A DNA stretch of 64,000 nt from assembly GCA_963762145.1 (NCBI GenBank), contig CAVXJS010000011.1, positions 800,001 to 864,000 of the forward strand. Reading direction: 5' to 3'. Position 1 is the stretch's first letter. Each line of letters starts with the position of its first letter. Of this stretch, positions 59,095 to 64,000 are shown in pieces. A program made the position numbers and the translations under genes. Source of the DNA: an uncultured Candidatus Rokubacteria bacterium (lineage in GTDB: Bacteria; Methylomirabilota; Methylomirabilia; Rokubacteriales; CSP1-6). The notes under the pieces are model-generated. The model did not search any database and was not told the DNA's origin. It worked only from the letters and a program-made list of their open reading frames with translations.

Positions 59095-61353
59095 ATGAGC
59101 GGCGACTCGGTCCGCGCCGCGCTCTCCCAGCTGGGCGACGTCCTCGAGCACCTCCGCGAGCGCCTGGGCGACGGGCCCGACCCTGCGGCCCATCCCGACC
59201 GGGACGCGCACGCGCTCGACATATTCCAGGAGGTCCTCTCGGTCCCGCCGCTCGGGCTGCCGCCCGGCGAGCTGTTCGGGCTGGCGATGGATCGCGTCTC
59301 CCGGCTGCTCGCGGCGGACCGCGCGCTGCTGTTCGTGGTGGACGACACGACCGGGCGCCTCACGCCTCGGTCGGCTCGCGGCTTCCGGCGCGACGACCTC
59401 GAGACCGTCGTGCTCGATCCGGGCGAGGGGCTGGTCGGGCGCGTCTTCGCCGAGAAGCGGGTGCTGACGTACGATGCGGCCGGCGAGCCCTCCGGCCGCG
59501 ATCCGTTCGTCGAGCGGTTCCCGATGCGGCAGGGTATCGCGGTCCCGGTGCGGACCGAGGGCGAGGTCGGCGGGGTGCTGTTCGCGGGCCGCCAGGATCT
59601 GGGCGCTCCCTTCACCACGACCGACGTGCTCCTGCTCCTCGTGATCGCGGACCGCGTCGGCTCGTCGCTCGTCCACCAGCGGTTGCTCGAGCGGCGAGGC
59701 GATCACCTCGTGCACCTGCGCGAGCTGCGCGGCCTCGTGGACGCGAATCTTCCCGCGCGGGAGCCGCGCGAGATCCTGGCCCGCGCGTGCGACGCGGCCT
59801 GCCGGCTGGCGGGTGTGCGCGGCGCCTTCGCGCTGACCGGCTCCGGGCCCGGGCACGTCGCCGGGCTCGCGGGCGCGGGCCTGCTCGCCAGCGTCGGGCC
59901 CGAGCGGTTCCGGGCGGACGACGACCTGCTCGTGGACGGCTTCGCCGCCGACGGTCCGCTGGCGATCCGCGACCTCCAGGCCCGGCGCCCCGGCCGTCCC
60001 GGGCTGCTCGAGGAGGAGGGGATCCGGGCGGCCCTGGTGGTGCCGATGCGCGCGCGCGGCCGCGTGGTGGGGCTCCTCTGCCTGGCAGACCCGGAGCCGA
60101 GGGACTTCTCGCCGGAGGAAACGGAGTCCGCGCTGATGCTGGCGGCCCTCGCCGCGGGCGCGCTCGAGACGGAGCGGCAGATCGCCGAGAGCCGCCGCGC
60201 CGACGGCGATCACGAGGCGGACGAGGCCGCCGCGCGGCGGGCCGACCGGACCCGGGTGCTGGCCGCTCTCGGGGCCGGACTGACCCGCGAGCTGCACCCG
60301 ATCTTCGCGACCCTGCTGGGCCGCGCGCAGCTCCTGCTCGCCCGCGCCGCGACCGATCCCTTGCGCGAGGGCCTGGTCGAGCTCGAGGAAGCCGCGTGGC
60401 GCGGCACCGATCTGCTCCAGCGGCTGCTCGGGCTGGCGGAGGCCGATCAGCGCGGCGGGACCGCGGAGCTGCCGGTGATCGCCCAGGAGGCGGTCAGCTT
60501 CGCGCGCGCGCTCCTGCGCGCCGAGCCCGCGCGTGGCACGATCGAGATGACCGCGGACCTCGGGCCGACGCCGCCGGTCGAGGCGAGCGCGGTCGCGCTG
60601 CGGGAGGCCGTCGTCGCGCTCGTGCTGAACGCGGTGGACGCGATGCCCGCGGGCGGGACCCTGAGCGTGCGCACGCGCGCCCACGAAGGCGGAGTCGAGC
60701 TGGTCCTGGTGGACACCGGGGAGAGCATCCCGCCCGAGATCCGCCCGCGCATCTTCGATCCCTTCTTCACGACCCGGTCCGGCCACCTGGGCCTCGGCCT
60801 CTCCGTGGCCGAGGCGGTGGTGCTTCGCGCGGGCGGGCGTCTCGAGGTGGACCCCGCGGGCGCCGGTGGCGGCACGCGGGTCACGGTGTGGCTGCCCGCG
60901 GCGGGAGCACGGCCGGCCGCGCCGGCGCCCCCCGAGCCGGCGCGCGCGCCCGCGCCGGAAGCGCGCCGACCCGCTGCGCTCACCGGCTCGATCCTCGTGG
61001 TCGAGGAGGAGGAAGGGATCCGCACCGAGGTGCTGGATACCCTCATGGCGGTGGGGCACCGGGTGGAAGCGGTGCCCGACGCGGACGCCGCGCTGGCGCG
61101 GCTCGGGCAGGGCGGCGTCGACGTGGTCCTCACCGACCTGGCTCTGCGCGATCGGTCGGGGCTCCATCTCGCTTCTGCGGTCAAGAAGCGGAGCCCGGGC
61201 ACCGCGGTGGTGCTGCTCACCGGGTGGGGACGCCGGCTGCACGAGGATCGACTGCGCGAGTCCGGCGTGGACGTGATGCTGGTGAAGCCGCTGCAGCCCG
61301 ATCGGGTCCGCGAGGCGATCGCGGACGCGCTCTCCCTCCGTCGCCCCGCGTGA
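59095..61353 (+). CDS. GAF-GAF-HisKA/HATPase-REC hybrid sensor with a degenerate H-box
   Basis: NAVDAM, DTGESI, IFDPFFTT, GLGLS, REC VLTDL...KP; H-box reads GLTRELHP. Confidence 0.85.
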   Translation: MSGDSVRAALSQLGDVLEHLRERLGDGPDPAAHPDRDAHALDIFQEVLSVPPLGLPPGELFGLAMDRVSRLLAADRALLFVVDDTTGRLTPRSARGFRRDDLETVVLDPGEGLVGRVFAEKRVLTYDAAGEPSGRDPFVERFPMRQGIAVPVRTEGEVGGVLFAGRQDLGAPFTTTDVLLLLVIADRVGSSLVHQRLLERRGDHLVHLRELRGLVDANLPAREPREILARACDAACRLAGVRGAFALTGSGPGHVAGLAGAGLLASVGPERFRADDDLLVDGFAADGPLAIRDLQARRPGRPGLLEEEGIRAALVVPMRARGRVVGLLCLADPEPRDFSPEETESALMLAALAAGALETERQIAESRRADGDHEADEAAARRADRTRVLAALGAGLTRELHPIFATLLGRAQLLLARAATDPLREGLVELEEAAWRGTDLLQRLLGLAEADQRGGTAELPVIAQEAVSFARALLRAEPARGTIEMTADLGPTPPVEASAVALREAVVALVLNAVDAMPAGGTLSVRTRAHEGGVELVLVDTGESIPPEIRPRIFDPFFTTRSGHLGLGLSVAEAVVLRAGGRLEVDPAGAGGGTRVTVWLPAAGARPAAPAPPEPARAPAPEARRPAALTGSILVVEEEEGIRTEVLDTLMAVGHRVEAVPDADAALARLGQGGVDVVLTDLALRDRSGLHLASAVKKRSPGTAVVLLTGWGRRLHEDRLRESGVDVMLVKPLQPDRVREAIADALSLRRPA

Positions 61354-62300
61354 CTGCCGCCGGCGAGCGGCCGCGGCGCCTCGCGACCGTCGATCTCGGG
61401 ACCAACACCGTCCGTCTCCTCGTCGTCGAGGTGAGCGACGGGGGCTGGCGCGCGCTCCATCAGACGCAGCGGGTCACCCGGCTCGGCGAAGGGCAGGCCG
61501 CCGCCGGCCGCCTGCTCCCGGAGCCGATGCGTCGCACCGCGGCCGCGGTCGCCGACTTCGCCCGCGCCGCGCGCGGGCTCGGCGCCACCGCGGTCCGGAT
61601 CGTGGCGACGAGCGCGGTCCGGGAGGCGGGCAACCGCGGGGAGTTCGTGGCGCGCCTGGAGGCCGAATCGGGCGAGCCGGTGGAGGTCGTCTCGGGCGAG
61701 GACGAGGCGCGCCTGACGCTCCAGGGCGTCACGTCGGGTCTTCCGGGCCTCGGCGAGTCGTTCGTCCTCTTCGACATCGGCGGCGGCAGCACGGAGTTCG
61801 TGCTCGCGCGCGCCGGCGCCGCGGCCGCCGCGGTGAGCCTGCGGCTGGGCGTGGTGCCCCTGGTGGAAGAGTGGGGCGAGCCCGGGCCCGTGCGGTGGGA
61901 TCACTTCGCGCGCATGCGGGAGGGGATCGAGCGCCGACTGGCCGCCGAGGTGCCGGAGGCGATCGCGGGGGCGGGGGCGGATGAGCTGGTCGGCACCGCG
62001 GGCACCGTCACCACCCTCGCCGCGCTCGATCTCGGCCTGTCCGCGTACGACGCGGCGCGAGTACACGGCCACCGGCTCGGCCGCGCGGCGGTGGAGCGGG
62101 AGCTGGCGCGGCTCGGCGCGCTGTCCGTCGCCGACCGCGGGCGGCTGCCGTGCCTCGAGCCGGGCCGCGCGGACGTGATCATTCCCGGCATCGCGATCTG
62201 CCTGGCCACCATGGCGCGCTTCCGCCGCGAGCACCTCGTGGTCAGCGATCGGGGCCTGCGCGAAGGGATCCTCTGCGAGCTCCTGGGGGCCGCGCGGTGA
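61350..62300 (+). CDS. Ppx/GppA phosphatase
   Basis: VDLGTNT, ATSAVREA, DIGGGSTE, GLREG. Confidence 0.92.
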   Translation: MTAAGERPRRLATVDLGTNTVRLLVVEVSDGGWRALHQTQRVTRLGEGQAAAGRLLPEPMRRTAAAVADFARAARGLGATAVRIVATSAVREAGNRGEFVARLEAESGEPVEVVSGEDEARLTLQGVTSGLPGLGESFVLFDIGGGSTEFVLARAGAAAAAVSLRLGVVPLVEEWGEPGPVRWDHFARMREGIERRLAAEVPEAIAGAGADELVGTAGTVTTLAALDLGLSAYDAARVHGHRLGRAAVERELARLGALSVADRGRLPCLEPGRADVIIPGIAICLATMARFRREHLVVSDRGLREGILCELLGAAR

Positions 62301-63307
62301 CGCGGCCGTCCGCGCGCACGCTGTCGGTGATCGACTACCACACCGAGGGCGAGCCGATGCGGTTCATCGTGGACGGGGTGCCCCGCCTTCCCGGAGCCTC
62401 CCTGATGGAGCAGAGCGAGTACCTGGTCGCGCACGGCCGCGACCTGCTCGGCATGGTCCTCCACGAGCCGCGCGGCCACGCCGCCATGTGCGGCGCGATC
62501 CTGACCGACCCGGTGACGCCGGGGGCCGACGTCGGCGTGCTCTTCATCGAGCCGCTCGGCCCGGTGCACATGTGTGGGCACGGCGCCATCGCGCTCGGCG
62601 CCATGCTGGTGGAGACCGGCCGCGTGGCCGCGCCGGGCGGCGACGCCACCGTGACGCTCGACACGCCCGCCGGCCTCGTGGCGTGCCGGGTGTCGAGCCG
62701 GGCGGGGCAGCCGACCGCGGTCACGATCCGCAACGTGCCCGCGTTCTCGGTGGGGCTCGACCTCCACGTCGACGTGCCCGGGCTGGGCCGCGTGGCATTC
62801 GACCTGGCCTACGGCGGCCACTTCTACGCGCTCGTGGAAGCGGCGGCGTGCGGGCTCACCCTCGAGGCGAAGGAGGCGGGCCGCCTCGTCGAGATCGGCG
62901 AGCGGATCCGTCTCGCGATCGAGGCGCGCGTGCCGCTGGTCCATCCCGCGATGCCCGCCGCGCGCGGGCTCCTCTACGTGCAGTTCTACGGGCCGGCGCG
63001 CCGGGCCGACGCCCAGCTCCGCAACGCGGTCGTGGTCGCCCCCGCGGGCCTCGATCGCTCGCCCTGCGGGACCGGGACCTCGGCGCGGCTCGCCAACCTG
63101 CACGCGCGCGGGCGGCTCGGCGTGGGGGAGGTCTTCGGCCACGAGTCCATCATCGGCACGCTCTTCACCGGGCGAATCGCGGCGCTCACCGAGGTGGCGG
63201 GGACCCCGGCGGTGGTCCCGGAGATCACCGGACGAGCCTGGATGACGTCCCGCGCCACCCTCTCGCTCGATCCCAGCGATCCCTTTCCCGGCGGCTTCCT
63301 GCTCTGA
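62297..63307 (+). CDS. Proline racemase family protein (Cys/Cys type)
   Basis: HTEGEP, EPRGH, MCGH, DRSPCGTGTSA. Confidence 0.92.
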   Translation: MTRPSARTLSVIDYHTEGEPMRFIVDGVPRLPGASLMEQSEYLVAHGRDLLGMVLHEPRGHAAMCGAILTDPVTPGADVGVLFIEPLGPVHMCGHGAIALGAMLVETGRVAAPGGDATVTLDTPAGLVACRVSSRAGQPTAVTIRNVPAFSVGLDLHVDVPGLGRVAFDLAYGGHFYALVEAAACGLTLEAKEAGRLVEIGERIRLAIEARVPLVHPAMPAARGLLYVQFYGPARRADAQLRNAVVVAPAGLDRSPCGTGTSARLANLHARGRLGVGEVFGHESIIGTLFTGRIAALTEVAGTPAVVPEITGRAWMTSRATLSLDPSDPFPGGFLL

Positions 63308-63368
63308 CCGGGCCGCGCGTGGGCGCTTTTATTGACACGTCGGCGGGTCCTGTGTTGTCCTGGATCGG

Positions 63369-63803
63369 ATGAGTCTCATCCCTCGGGTGCTCGTCCGGCG
63401 GTGGCTCGAGGGGATGCTGGCGTTCGTCTCGGTCGCCATCCTGTACTTCACGCATCGCCCGGAGGCGCTGCCCCGCGCGCTCGACCTCAGCAACGACAGC
63501 GGGCTGTCCCTGTGGGATTGGATCTTCCGGGGCATGGCGTTCGGTCTGCTGGGCGTCTGGGGCTTCTCCGCGATCGTGGTGGGATTCTTCCTGCTCTACT
63601 CGCCGATCTACGTCATCAACAAGGCGCCGCACCTCGTGGGCAAGGGCGGGTGGCTCGACCGTCGTGAAGTGCGCTTCTACCTGGCGTGCTTCGCGCTCGT
63701 GTGCCTCATCGTCATCCTGATGACGCGGTCGTTCGACGCGGCGGGTGTGGTGTTCATCATCCTCGCCGGCTTCGGCCCGGTGGTCTGGCGGATGCTGGTC
63801 TAG
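63369..63803 (+). CDS. Hypothetical membrane protein (~4 TM)
   Basis: Hydrophobic segments; upstream TTGACA at 63332-63337. Confidence 0.65.
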   Translation: MSLIPRVLVRRWLEGMLAFVSVAILYFTHRPEALPRALDLSNDSGLSLWDWIFRGMAFGLLGVWGFSAIVVGFFLLYSPIYVINKAPHLVGKGGWLDRREVRFYLACFALVCLIVILMTRSFDAAGVVFIILAGFGPVVWRMLV

Positions 63804-63814
63804 CCTCACCGCGG

Positions 63815-63843
63815 TTGACAGGTCTCGGCGCGTTGTCTATCCT
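63815..63843 (+). promoter_or_regulatory. sigma70 promoter
   Basis: TTGACA-N17-TATCCT. Confidence 0.75.
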
Positions 63844-63853
63844 AGCCGGGTAT

Positions 63854-64000
63854 ATGGATGAAATCGCGGTGTTGGTGCTGAACTACACCTACGAGCCGCT
63901 GCATTTCACCAACGCGAAGCGGGCCATCACGCTGCTCCTGGCGGGCAAGGCCGAGAGCGTCGAGGCGTCGCCCCGCGTGATCCGGTCCCCCTCACGGAGC
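63854..64000 (+). CDS. HNH endonuclease (McrA-like) N-terminus, partial
   Basis: MDEIAVLVLNYTYEPLHFTNAKRAITLLLAGKAE matches the VLVLNxxYEP N-terminus typical of this HNH family. Confidence 0.75.
   Translation, partial: MDEIAVLVLNYTYEPLHFTNAKRAITLLLAGKAESVEASPRVIRSPSRS

Noticed and set aside
44231-59618. Very long alternative ORFs (44231-47842 +, 1203 aa; most of 55302-59618 -, 1438 aa)
   Set aside because: Antisense or shadow frames typical of very high GC DNA. They overlap well-supported genes; only the FNR part of the second ORF is real.

Overview
Very GC-rich bacterial chromosomal segment. Gene content and style suggest Candidatus Rokubacteria/Methylomirabilota, but this is inference only. 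Many single-base frameshifts are most simply explained as long-read assembly errors. 1-15.8 kb (minus strand) is a Flp/Tad pilus operon (flp, tadE, cpaB, pilus N-terminal domain protein, cpaC, cpaE, cpaF, tadB, tadC, tadG-like) with no prepilin peptidase. It continues, partly through ATGA-coupled genes, into a DUF3568-like lipoprotein, a TonB-anchor/Ig-like protein, a TPR-retropepsin, a GT87 glycosyltransferase and an MFS/spermidine-synthase fusion. A candidate sigma54 promoter with ATGC-N6-GCAT sites faces a divergent PAS-AAA+ activator that has a D-to-N Walker B. The rest is mostly housekeeping: mscL, nadX, rmuC, M20 peptidase, Memo, suhB, panE, a heterodimeric ABC exporter, DNA repair genes, a combined RND + MacAB-like efflux operon, class II RNR, an FNR-like oxidoreductase, cytochrome c, a hybrid kinase, Ppx and proline racemase. 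Highlights: (i) short hairpin repeats inserted in-frame into linkers of three proteins, one with an identical 39-nt intergenic copy and one showing base-pair covariation; (ii) a UGA-containing peroxiredoxin, probably a selenoprotein; (iii) a Gln-terminated LAGLIDADG intein at the RNR catalytic Cys; (iv) an orphan divergent GroES-like protein; (v) recurrent leaderless-type promoters. No rRNA, tRNA, CRISPR array or transposase was seen.
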